Shown here one piece after another: positions 54,636-64,000 of a stretch of DNA of 64,000 bases. A program made the translations under genes and the position numbers. How positions within the stretch are numbered: position 1 is the first letter of the stretch; each line of letters begins with the position of its first letter. Source of the stretch: a virus; the IMG/VR virus record IMGVR_UViG_3300036791_001907, positions 32,001-96,000 of that record, one strand, 5' to 3'. The notes under the pieces are model-generated. The model saw nothing but the letters and a program-made list of their open reading frames with translations, had not been told where the DNA came from and ran no database searches.

Positions 54636-55098
54636 GAAGGCCTCCCAGGTCCCGTTAGTGTTGCCCATCACGCACCAAGAGGAACGATGCCAGATGATCC
54701 ACGATCCCGCCAGACTCCGGTTCGCACTGAAGTGCCTCAAGCTGGCTCGCGATGAGATGAAGGCGCACGGCCGCACCTTCATGACGCCGCGCCAGAACCT
54801 GTTCGACATCGCCGTGCAGTACGGCGGCAACATCGCGCTGACCCGCCAGGAGATCATGGCCGCCGCCCGGATGTTAAGATCGCGGCACGCCGCTGCGGCC
54901 AGCAAACGAAAGTACCGATCGACCGGGACCGGCGCCGAGGGCCCGTTCGCCATCGAGGTCGAGGCCGTCAGCCCGGCCGATGCATTCGTTGAGGTGTCCC
55001 TGAACGTGCGCGGGGAGACGGCCGTCGACACGCTGTTGGATCTGGCCACCGGCCAGGATGTGCTCGACGACATCGACCCTGATGACCCTGTGCTTTAG

Positions 55099-55115
55099 CG
55101 TTACGCAGCGTAACG
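55099..55115. promoter_or_regulatory. Palindrome CGTTACGC-A-GCGTAACG (putative operator, copy 3)
   Basis: Perfect inverted repeat between a stop codon and the next RBS. Confidence 0.55.
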
Positions 55116-55950
55116 ACCCGGAGGCAACAATGCCCCTTTTCGACGTGACGGTCACAGTGACCCTGGCCGACGGCCACAGCTTCGAGGACGCCGAGATCGA
55201 CGCGCGCGACGATCTCGGCGACCACAACTACCACATCGAGGACACCTCACCACAGGCGGCCGAGGCGCTGGCGCTCGACCTGTTTCACGGCACGGTGGCG
55301 ATCGGCGCGCTCGAGGCCGTGGAGATCGACGTCAAGGTTCAGGAGGCGCGCCCGGGATCCCCGGAGACCTACCTCGACAGCGCGGCGGTCATCAAGACCA
55401 TCCGGGACCGGTGGCACCAAGACCGCGACCAGAACCTGGAGGAGCCATGATCGACAATGATGCGCGCACCAGGCGCTATGGTCTCAGCCTCGGCGACGAG
55501 GTCGACTTCCGCTGGAACGGCGCGCGGCTTCGAGGCACGGTGATACGGCTGACACTCACCAAGGCCGTGATCAAGACCGCAGCTGCTGACTCGAAGACAG
55601 TTCTCTATCGACAGGTCGAACAGTCGAACCGGTATCCCACCTGACGGGCTCCTCGACGGTGTGATGGGTCCGGAGGCGCCTCGAACAGGGAAGAAAAGCA
55701 AGAAAAAAGACCCTGTAAGGGAATGCCGGACGAAACTCGAAGATGGTGTAGGTGCAGCGGACGCCATCGAGGCGTAGCCAGGGCTTCGCCTGGCCGGCGT
55801 ATAGGTTGTTGGCGCCCCTAGTTGCGCATGGTGTCCAGGCGCGCGCTTATGTTACTCGTTCTTGGAAAGAGGGAGTCGCGGAGCGGCGACCCTTTCCAAG
55901 AATTTACTCCCTTCGGAGGAGTTACTAGCAAAAAGATATGGGCTAGGAAC

Positions 55951-55979
55951 TTGACACCCGAGCTTCCCATTTTTATACT
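55951..55979 (+). promoter_or_regulatory. Sigma70-type promoter
   Basis: TTGACA-17 nt-TATACT in an AT-rich intergenic region. Confidence 0.75.
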
Positions 55980-56151
55980 CTACAAGCTCAGGCGCCGCAA
56001 CAAGTTGCGCACACTTTGTCGAGTGTCCATGATCCATGTCCTTGATGGCATTATCAGCGCATAACTCAATATACAGCCTCGAGTTGCGTATGATTGCCGC
56101 AGAGGGTGTACTCCAGTGTGTATATCTTTCCGATGAACTTTCCACCCGCAA

Positions 56152-57333
56152 TTGAGGTTTTTCGCGCCCCGAGGAGGCCTTCTTTTGAGTGTTGAAAGTC
56201 TGGACGGCGAGTCCCCCCGCGATGGTTCGAGGTTCCGGAAGCCGCCCCACTGCGGCTACCGGGTCTCGGCGGTGCCGAAGCGCTATGTCGACCAGGTTCA
56301 GCTCTCTGCGGTGCTGCGGCCGGCCTACGGCCGGCTGGCGACCGAGGCCGACATCATCGACGCCACGGCCTGGGCGCTGTACCACTGGCGGCGCAGGGCC
56401 ACACAGCTGGCCTCGGCGGGCTGGGGGCCATTGGGGATCGTCGGCAGAAAGTCGCGGCTGCCGAACGCCATGAGCTGTCCGGTGGCGTTCGTCATGACCT
56501 ATGACGGCAAGGCGGGCCGCAGGCCCTGCAAGTTCCGGCAGATCTGTCCATTCTGTTGGGCGCGTGAAGTGCGGCGGCACTGGCTGAAGATCGATGCAGC
56601 CTTCTTCCCGGTTGTGACCAGGAAGCGCCGTGTCCGGGTGGTCGATACGGACTCAGATATGGCAAAGTCGAAGTCCTTTACACGTAGTGTAAAGGACGTC
56701 GAAACCGGCGTCAAGAGCCCCTATGATCTGGTGCGCCGGGTCTTTACTTTTCGGGTGCCAAGGAGCCTGGCATACCCTGTGGGCGGTGCGCGGATCGTGC
56801 TGGAAGATGATGTCGGCCGGATGCTGGATAAGGTGAAGGTCATCGCTGACGAATGTGATGGTCGAGTCCAGACGGTGAAACAGGTCGTCATCAAGCGTAG
56901 TGGTCTGCTTGCTTATCTGGATAGCCGGATCCGCGGTCGTCCTGACTCCCGGTTCCATCGCCTCCACGAGTGTCGCAAGCTGCTGGAGTCTGCCGGACCC
57001 GGCGGCGGTATGCTCGAGGTCGTTTCCTTTCGTCACGTCGACGATCCGGCCTATCCCTGTGAGGTCCAGGTTCACCAGCTGATCCTGGCTGCCGACGGCA
57101 CCAAGGTGCCCAAGCAGATGCACGAGCTGTCCGCGCCCGAGTCGCGGCGGCACATCGTCATCTCCAAGCCCGGCCGCCGCGTCGTGACGGCGGCGGTGGC
57201 GCGGGCTCTACGCTATCCCCAGGGCCTCATCGATCCCAAGGTGCCGATCGAGGACGTCATTGCCTATCTGGAGGCGCGGCGCGGCCGCCGCCTCGTCGCG
57301 AGTTTTGGTTGTTTTCGCAACCAGAAAACCTGA
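56152..57333 (+). CDS. Basic hypothetical protein with Cys cluster
   Basis: 'C...PCKFRQICPFCW'; start uncertain. Confidence 0.55.
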   Translation: MRFFAPRGGLLLSVESLDGESPRDGSRFRKPPHCGYRVSAVPKRYVDQVQLSAVLRPAYGRLATEADIIDATAWALYHWRRRATQLASAGWGPLGIVGRKSRLPNAMSCPVAFVMTYDGKAGRRPCKFRQICPFCWAREVRRHWLKIDAAFFPVVTRKRRVRVVDTDSDMAKSKSFTRSVKDVETGVKSPYDLVRRVFTFRVPRSLAYPVGGARIVLEDDVGRMLDKVKVIADECDGRVQTVKQVVIKRSGLLAYLDSRIRGRPDSRFHRLHECRKLLESAGPGGGMLEVVSFRHVDDPAYPCEVQVHQLILAADGTKVPKQMHELSAPESRRHIVISKPGRRVVTAAVARALRYPQGLIDPKVPIEDVIAYLEARRGRRLVASFGCFRNQKT

Positions 57334-57345
57334 GAGGAGGATCCC

Positions 57346-59357
57346 ATGTCTATCGGACCGTGGCGACCAGACCGTGGTACCAGGAGTGACAAACCCGCCG
57401 ACCACGGAACTCCCGCTGAGGAGACACCTCAGCAGCGAACCCGGAAGATCCTTGATATGCTGGCCCCGGACCAGACCTGCAACCGCTGCCAGAAGCCGGC
57501 CGCGCGCCATGAGATCACCCCGCTGGGGGCCGTGGTCTGTCTCGAGCTGCCCCGCTATGGCGGCCTGACGCCCTGGCACAGCCACGGCTTCATGACCAAG
57601 GACGGTCTGCATTACCTGTCGCTCATGGAGCAGATCGGCGCTCTGGCCGGAATGCTCGAAGAACGGGGCCTGGTCGAAGGTCACGATGTGATCCTGGAGC
57701 GGATCGTCGCGCTTCAGCTCTGGATGAACCTGCTCAGGCCGGGCGGCTCAATGGGCGCCGGGGCCGTGATCACGATCCCCCGGCCCCCGGAGCTGGGGTG
57801 ATGATCCTCGATGCCAGGCACATCGAAAACGCCAGAGGTTACACGATCCTGGATGCCGCGACCGGCCGTTGTCTTGACAAGGAGCACATCTTCTACGCCG
57901 ACAGCGATCTGGGGTTTTACAGGCGCTACCTCACGGACGAGCAGAACAACACGTACTGGTGGGACCGCCGCACCCGGCAGAAGGCCACGATGGATACTCC
58001 CGACCGGTTCCGGGAGGTCGCCTGGACGACCGTGCGGCGGTCGATCGCCATCTTCAAGAAGGAGTCCTCGTGATGGCTACACTGCCTGATCCGCCCAGGC
58101 TCTTCATGGCCGTCGTGCCGATGGTCCTGGGCGTCGACACGCTGGCCTGGGCGCCGATCACGCTGGCGGCCAGCCGTGCCGGCTGCTGGGACCACACCCT
58201 GGAGTGGGCCGGTGAGGCGCGCGACCGTGCCGCCATGTTCGATGATCTGTTCGCGCGCTGCCCACGCGGCGCGCCGTCGGCGATCACGCGGAGTCTGGGC
58301 CTGTGGGCCAGCTACAAACCCGAGGCGCCGCGGTCGGCGCGGATCGCCTGGCTCAAGCGACACGGCTGCCGCGTGGTGGCCGGTCAGTTCATCATCGAGA
58401 CAGGAGCAAACCATGAAGAAGTCTTACAGTCGTGAGCAGACCCTGGCGCTGCGTTCCACCAAGGTGCCAGCGCTCGCGGTCATCGAAAAGGCCGTTGGCA
58501 TGAAGGCCCGCGCCTGGCGGAACCGCTGTCATGAGGTTGCCTGTGCGATGCTCGAGAAGAAGTTGGTTGTGGGCGTCGAGCGCTATGGCCATTACTATGG
58601 TCCCGTGGCGCGGCGACATCCGCAGTATGACCGGCCGTTCCAGCGGCACGGCTGGATCGAGACCCCCCGCGGCCTGGTCATCGACCCCACGCGGTGGGCC
58701 TTCGAGCTGGTCGCGCCTTATGTGTATCATGGTCCCGGTGATGACTATGATGCCGGCGGCCAGCGCGCGCGGGCCTCACGGCTCGGGCCCTATCCGCCGC
58801 GATCGCCGGACGCGGAATTCATCTCGTTCGACGTTGACGGCGCGGCGCTATTACGGCTCCGCGAGCTGACCGGCGGCCAGGATGCCGACTTCAGTTTGGA
58901 TCAGATCTTTTGGTTGGCCAACTTGCCGCTGGAGCGCTGGGGCCGGCATGCGGCGGCGATCTACGCGGCGCTGGCCCAGGCCGGGCACAAGGCGGCGATC
59001 CCGATCGACCTGTGGCGGATGGCCATGGATCGGCCGGTAGCGTCACATTTACCATGAAAGGTTGCCATGGAGATCGGCGGCTACGACACGATCTACGAGA
59101 CAGCCGAGCCCACGCGGCTGCTGCTGGCCATCATGATCGCCCTGGGCTGGTCGGCGCCGGTCACCGAGTGGATCAATGACAGGGAGCTGTTCTTCTATCG
59201 CGACCAGGCGGCCAGGGACGCCTGGGATCGCGACGTCGGGCCCGACGAGACCATGGTCTACTTCATCGTCGATCCCGGCAGGCTCACCGTCGTCAGCGAC
59301 GAGGTGCTCACGGCCGCGATCCGGGTGCGGTTCCTGTCGTTTCTCGTCCCGTCGTGA
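57346..59357 (+). other. Five short hypothetical ORFs (57346-57801, 57798-58073, 58073-58435, 58413-59057, 59067-59357)
   Basis: Coupled ORFs with RBSs; no family recognised. Confidence 0.55.
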
Positions 59358-59386
59358 AAACCTGTCATTCAGCACAGGAGGGTTCC

Positions 59387-61195
59387 ATGCCAGCGCTCAA
59401 AGGCTTCGAGGTTCAGACTCATTCACTCGGCAAAGGCCGGGAGATCGACGTCCTCCACCATCCCGACCACAGCCTGTTTCTCTGGGTGCCGGCGCAGCAG
59501 GTCGCCGAGCACAGCAACTGGAGCCGGCGGCGCACCGGCGAACACAGCACCAGCGACATCGGCAAGGATCTCGACCCGATGTACCGGATGCGGGTGGAAG
59601 ATCCGCACAAGCTGTACTCACGGTCGCGAGTCAAGAGCACGACGCTCTTCAACGTCGAGGGCCTGATCCAGAAGACGTTCCACACGCGTAAGCAAGGTTA
59701 TCTGGAGTTCTGTCACGACTTCATCGCGCAGGTGCTGCCGGCGTACGAGGCGTTTGCCGCGCATTACGCCGAGCTGGTCTTGATCTGGCGCGACGCGATC
59801 GATGGCGCCGTCACGGGACAGTACCTCCGCGAGGACAGCTTCACGCAGGCGCTGGCGCTCTGCGCCGACCGCTGCGCGGTCCGGCCCGCTGCCAGGCCGA
59901 TCCTGATCCTCGGTACGCTGACCCTCGACGGGGTGCTCTCCAACTGGGCGAAGACCACGCTTGATCCCATCCCGGTCGCCAGCGCGGCGACGGTGCTCAC
60001 GTTCCCGGTGGCCCAGCTGCATGCAGCCAACAAACGCGCGCAGGCGTACTGGGACCAGCATTCCGACGGTCCGGCCATGACCTTTCATCTGGCACTCGCC
60101 TATCCGGACGGCGCGATCTCCCTGCCCGACGGCACACTGGTCGCCGGACCGAGCGTGGCGGCGGCCTCGGAGCCGCCACCCGAGACCGAACCGGCCGTCG
60201 ATCGCCCTCTGCCCGGGCTGCCTGCGGGCTTCAACGGGCATCCGTGCCCGACTTACGGATCGTACGAAGATCCTGAGTGGATCGGACTTTACGTCTGCGA
60301 CGCCCTGGGGATCGTCGACCATCACGATGCCCTGAGCCGAGTTCCCGCCGAGGAGAAGGGTAGGGTTATCGCCCCCACCCAAGTGTCCTCCCGTGGCCGC
60401 AAGACCCAGAGCTACGTCACGATCAAGGAGGCAGGCCTCTACCGTTTGATCAGCGAGAGCCACAAACCTGAGGCCGAAGCATTCAAGAACTGGCTTTATC
60501 GCGAGGTCTTGCCGGCGATCCGCCGCTACGGTTACTACGCGCAGCCAGGCGCGCAGCCTGGTCCCACGGCCGAGGAACTGCGCGCGGCCCTCCGCACGAT
60601 CGTCAGGGAGGAGCTGGCGGCGGCCGTCGGCAGGATCATCCCGACGCAGGTCGGCGCGGCCCAGGTGGCGGCGCTGGTCGAGCCCCTGGTCGCGGCCGCC
60701 GAGCGGCTGGCCGAGAGCAATGTCATTCACCAGCAACAGCTCACGCTCATGGGCCAGACGATCGAGCTGATCCTGCCCAGCAAGGAGCTGTTCCTGCCGG
60801 CCAAGGACTACGTCGAGATGGACGGTGTGGCCGATGCCCTGAAACGCGCGCCCCGGCTGGCGGCGCCGGCGCTCGAGATGGACCATTGCCCCGACTACGG
60901 CAAGGCGTCCCTGTTCATGAAGCGGCTCTGCCGCGCCGAGAACAAGAAGGTCGCCGCCAACGCCGTCGCGCGGATCATCGCCAGGGACGCCGGCCAGCCG
61001 CTGCCGCCCCTGTACATCCCCGAATTCCGGATGCGGAAGATCGAGCGCGAGCACGCCAAGGTGCTCATGTTCAACCCGGCCTGCTGGGCCTTCTGCAAGC
61101 AGACGTTCCTGCCTGCGGATACTCCGACCCTGCTCTTCCCCGGCCCGCGGGCCGAGGCGGCGCCGGGTGCTCGCGACCAGGCCGGTGAGGTCTGA
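59387..61195 (+). CDS. BRO-N domain antirepressor-like protein
   Basis: 'VCDALGI...IKEAGLYRLI..SHKPEAEAFKNWLYREVLPAIRRYGYY'. Confidence 0.85.
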   Translation: MPALKGFEVQTHSLGKGREIDVLHHPDHSLFLWVPAQQVAEHSNWSRRRTGEHSTSDIGKDLDPMYRMRVEDPHKLYSRSRVKSTTLFNVEGLIQKTFHTRKQGYLEFCHDFIAQVLPAYEAFAAHYAELVLIWRDAIDGAVTGQYLREDSFTQALALCADRCAVRPAARPILILGTLTLDGVLSNWAKTTLDPIPVASAATVLTFPVAQLHAANKRAQAYWDQHSDGPAMTFHLALAYPDGAISLPDGTLVAGPSVAAASEPPPETEPAVDRPLPGLPAGFNGHPCPTYGSYEDPEWIGLYVCDALGIVDHHDALSRVPAEEKGRVIAPTQVSSRGRKTQSYVTIKEAGLYRLISESHKPEAEAFKNWLYREVLPAIRRYGYYAQPGAQPGPTAEELRAALRTIVREELAAAVGRIIPTQVGAAQVAALVEPLVAAAERLAESNVIHQQQLTLMGQTIELILPSKELFLPAKDYVEMDGVADALKRAPRLAAPALEMDHCPDYGKASLFMKRLCRAENKKVAANAVARIIARDAGQPLPPLYIPEFRMRKIEREHAKVLMFNPACWAFCKQTFLPADTPTLLFPGPRAEAAPGARDQAGEV

Positions 61196-61210
61196 TCCGG
61201 GGAAGATCCC

Positions 61211-62002
61211 ATGACCAACTCGATGTTCGATCTTGTTGAGATCCCGTTCTACGGTGACTCGATCGAGGCTGCCCGCAACACCCAGGACGGCAGCTTCTAC
61301 GTCTCGATCCGCCGGGTCTGCGACAACCTCGGCATTGGTTTCAGTGCCCAGCTCGAGAAGCTCAAGGGCTACCACTGGGCAACTGTGGCGCTGATCGACA
61401 TGGTTGCGCAAGATGAGAAACGGCGGGAACTTGCGGTCTTGCCGCTGGCCCAGGTGCCGGGCTGGCTGACCCACATCAACCCTGACAAGGTCGGCGGTGG
61501 GGATGAGCTGGTCGAGAAGCTCAAACGGTACCAGGTCGAGGCCGTCGACGTGCTCTACAGGCACTTCATCGCAGCGCAGTCGGCGCCGCAGGACCCGATC
61601 GTGGCCTTGTCGCAGTCGGTGATCGCGACGCGGCAGGCCCAGCTGGCGATCGAGAGCCGCGTTGACGGCATCCAGGAGCAAGTCGGCAACATGGTCGAGC
61701 TGCAACGGGCGGCGCTCGGCACCTTCTTCAACGTCCCCCGCGCCACGGAGCCGCCGGCGCCGCTGACGACCAGGAAGAAGATCAGCATGATCGTGCGGAG
61801 CTTCATCGCGGCCCACAGCATCAACCCCGACGGCGACGAGTACAAGGATATGTTTAATAACATCTACTGGCAGTTCAAGTACCGGTACGGCTTCGACGCT
61901 ACCGTGCGGGCCAAGAACGCCGGGATCTCCAAGCTCGAAGCGATCGAGCGGGCGGGTCTGATCGAGGAACTCTACAAGCTGGTGTCTGAGCTGTGCTCGT
62001 AG
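61211..62002 (+). CDS. P22 antirepressor N-terminal domain protein
   Basis: 'IPFYGD...YVSIRRVCDNLGI...QLEKLK...LPL..VPGWL..INPDKV...KLKRYQ.EA.DVLY.HF'. Confidence 0.85.
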   Translation: MTNSMFDLVEIPFYGDSIEAARNTQDGSFYVSIRRVCDNLGIGFSAQLEKLKGYHWATVALIDMVAQDEKRRELAVLPLAQVPGWLTHINPDKVGGGDELVEKLKRYQVEAVDVLYRHFIAAQSAPQDPIVALSQSVIATRQAQLAIESRVDGIQEQVGNMVELQRAALGTFFNVPRATEPPAPLTTRKKISMIVRSFIAAHSINPDGDEYKDMFNNIYWQFKYRYGFDATVRAKNAGISKLEAIERAGLIEELYKLVSELCS

Positions 62003-62035
62003 GCGGGAACGCGTGGTTGAACCAGGAGGCGACAT

Positions 62036-63908
62036 GTGAGCAACCGATACAAGCTGGGGCTGAAGTGTCGCGACTGCGGCGCCTATCGCTATGCCAGCCG
62101 CCAGGAGCTGGGTCGGTCGGCGCGGGTGCGCTGCCTGCGGTGCGGCGGGCCCATGGAACTTTCCGGGGCTGGGGGCGAGAAGATGGCCGACTCCCAGGAC
62201 GTCGTCAACGAGCAGCGGCTCCGGTTCGAGCGGCTGCGGGAAGGGCACGAGTTCTGGCAAGGCCAGACGGCCCAGGAAGGCATGATGACGGCCCAGGACA
62301 AGCTCCGTGCCGAGCACGGCACGCCCGAGGAGTTCCAGAACGCGACGTGGGAAGAATATTACGACTGCAAGATCACGGCCGACGAGGCCGTGGCGGCGAT
62401 CACCCGGTATCGCAGGGCGTGGACCACTGCCGGTGACACGGCAAACCAGGACACATTGTGCGCCGATCACCATGATCAGGGATCTGGCAGCGATCGTGCT
62501 GACGACCATTCGACGCAGGAGAGCTGACGCCATGGCGATTGAGAAAAAACCGCAGCCACTTCAGGTGTTCGGCACGCCGGGGCCAGGCACGGCCCCGGTG
62601 ATCTTTCATGCCATGACCGCCTGCGACTGCGGCTGTGGCCGCCCCGCCCGGTTCCTGTTCTGCATCGGCCAGGATACGGTCGCGATCGCGGATCCGAAGG
62701 CGATCCGGGCGCTGATCACCGAAATGGAGGCGGGCTACGCACTACTCTGGGGACCCCAGGAGACTCGTGATGCCAACCCTGGCTGAACTCCGCACCAGGC
62801 ACGGCACGCTCGAGGAGTTCGAGCGTGCCGTCTGGGCGGCGCATGCGCAGCTCTTTGTAACCACTGACGAGGCTGTGGCGGGGATTGCCAAGTATCGCGC
62901 GGAATGGATCGCCGCCGGTGGGACCGTGCCGCAACCCTACGGGCCCCACATCGACGCGCTGTCGCTCGCGATCCTGTTTCATTTTCACTACGAGCGGCTC
63001 GCGCCCCAGTACGGTTACGAAACCCGGGAGGGGACGCGGAAGTTCGATCCCAACAGTCCCAACGGCAAGCTCATGGTTGCGACCTGCGGCGCGGTCCTGG
63101 ATGCGTTGTCCAGTTTGCCGTCGCCGGATCCAGAGGCCAAGGAGTCACACGATGCCGGATCATGATCTGCCGGCAGGATGGCACCCAGCCATTCCGGTCG
63201 ACTATCTGAACCCGGGCAGCAGGGTCGGCAAGGTCTATGCCGCGATCGCGGATGGCCCGCCGCTGCGGGTGCGGGAGCAGGCCTGGGGCTCGGACTCCGG
63301 CGATACCCAGATCGTCATCGAGCTGGAGAACTTCGTGGGCGTGGCCAGCAGCGAGCTGATCGACCAGCTCCGGTTACCGGAGCTGCGGGCGGAGCCCGTG
63401 CTCCGGCTGGCCTTGCACCCGACAGGGGCGCGCAAGCTCTGCCTGCACTTGCTCACGGCCCTGGCGGGCACCGGTGACCGGGTGGCCGGTCTGGCGCACG
63501 AGAAGACGATCGAGGCCATGAACGAGATCGGACGGCAAAGACAAGGAGATGTCGATGGATGAGGATCTGTTCAATGAGATCACGCGGCGGTCCAGGCGGG
63601 CCCATCAGGTGCGACCTGATGTGCCCGCCGAGGATATGCTCTTCACCATTGCGGGCGACGAGCGCGTCGAGACCATTCCGGAGGTCAATGCCTCCAAGGA
63701 GCCGTTGTTTTTCGTTTGCATGCGCACGGCGACACTGAAGGCCGCTGACGTGTTTCCCGGCTCAACGCGGGTTCATTGCAACCGCTGTCAGAGCGAGGTC
63801 TGGATCAGTCCGGCGACCAAGATGACCTATGACCGGATCCCCAAGGCCGAGATCGTTTGCGCCGACTGTTTGGGGCTCATGATCGCGGCCGAGGAGGACG
63901 CGTCGTGA
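62036..63908 (+). other. Five short hypothetical ORFs (62036-62527, 62532-62786, 62770-63165, 63152-63562, 63549-63908), several with Zn fingers
   Basis: Coupled ORFs; CxxC pairs. Confidence 0.55.
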
Positions 63909-64000
63909 GCCAGCGGCGACCGTTTACCTGTGCCATCTGCAAGGGCGACTTCACCACGGAGCGATCCCTGGAAGAAGTCCTTGCCGAAACCCGTGAGGTC

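Overview
GC-rich fragment of a large, probably jumbo, contractile-tailed phage. No host housekeeping genes, tRNAs or rRNAs were seen; a Planctomycetota host is a weak inference from gene families. Layout: 1-13.7 kb is a baseplate/tail module (wedge and J-like proteins, five paralogous Cys-rich structural proteins, a collagen-like fibre). 13.8-29.3 kb is accessory genes (AAA ATPase/DUF2997 module, tandem SWIM fingers, gp88-like). 36-50 kb holds a primase-like protein, terminase large subunit, SpoU methyltransferase, RNase H, and class II ribonucleotide reductase with an HNH intein. 50-64 kb holds small ORFs, a GT2 glycosyltransferase and two antirepressors. The main result is at 29.3-35.9 kb, with an orphan copy at 53.3 kb. 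A stand-alone RAMP/Cas7-like gene and a partner gene sit within about 4.3 kb of non-coding arrays. These arrays are built from (i) twelve 33-nt H-type pseudoknot repeats with compensatory changes in both stems, and (ii) about 65 units of 8-15 pentamers (G-N-Y-like scaffold plus variable NN) separated by a 4-nt GGCA/GGCC delimiter. Reading only the NN dinucleotides as codon positions 1+2 gives textbook protein motifs: ADEVGLGKTVE (SNF2), IVDEAHHA (SF2 helicase), AGFRVIAFVHDE (Pol A), VYTPxEVA (N6-MTase). One unit matches the phage's own RAMP gene at 9 of 10 dinucleotides. This points to an RNA-guided system with a non-contiguous, wobble-skipping code. It resembles my recollection of the recently reported VIPR systems (not verified here). 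Also found: a candidate phage selenoprotein (in-frame TGA plus SECIS-like hairpin) and two repeated regulatory motifs.
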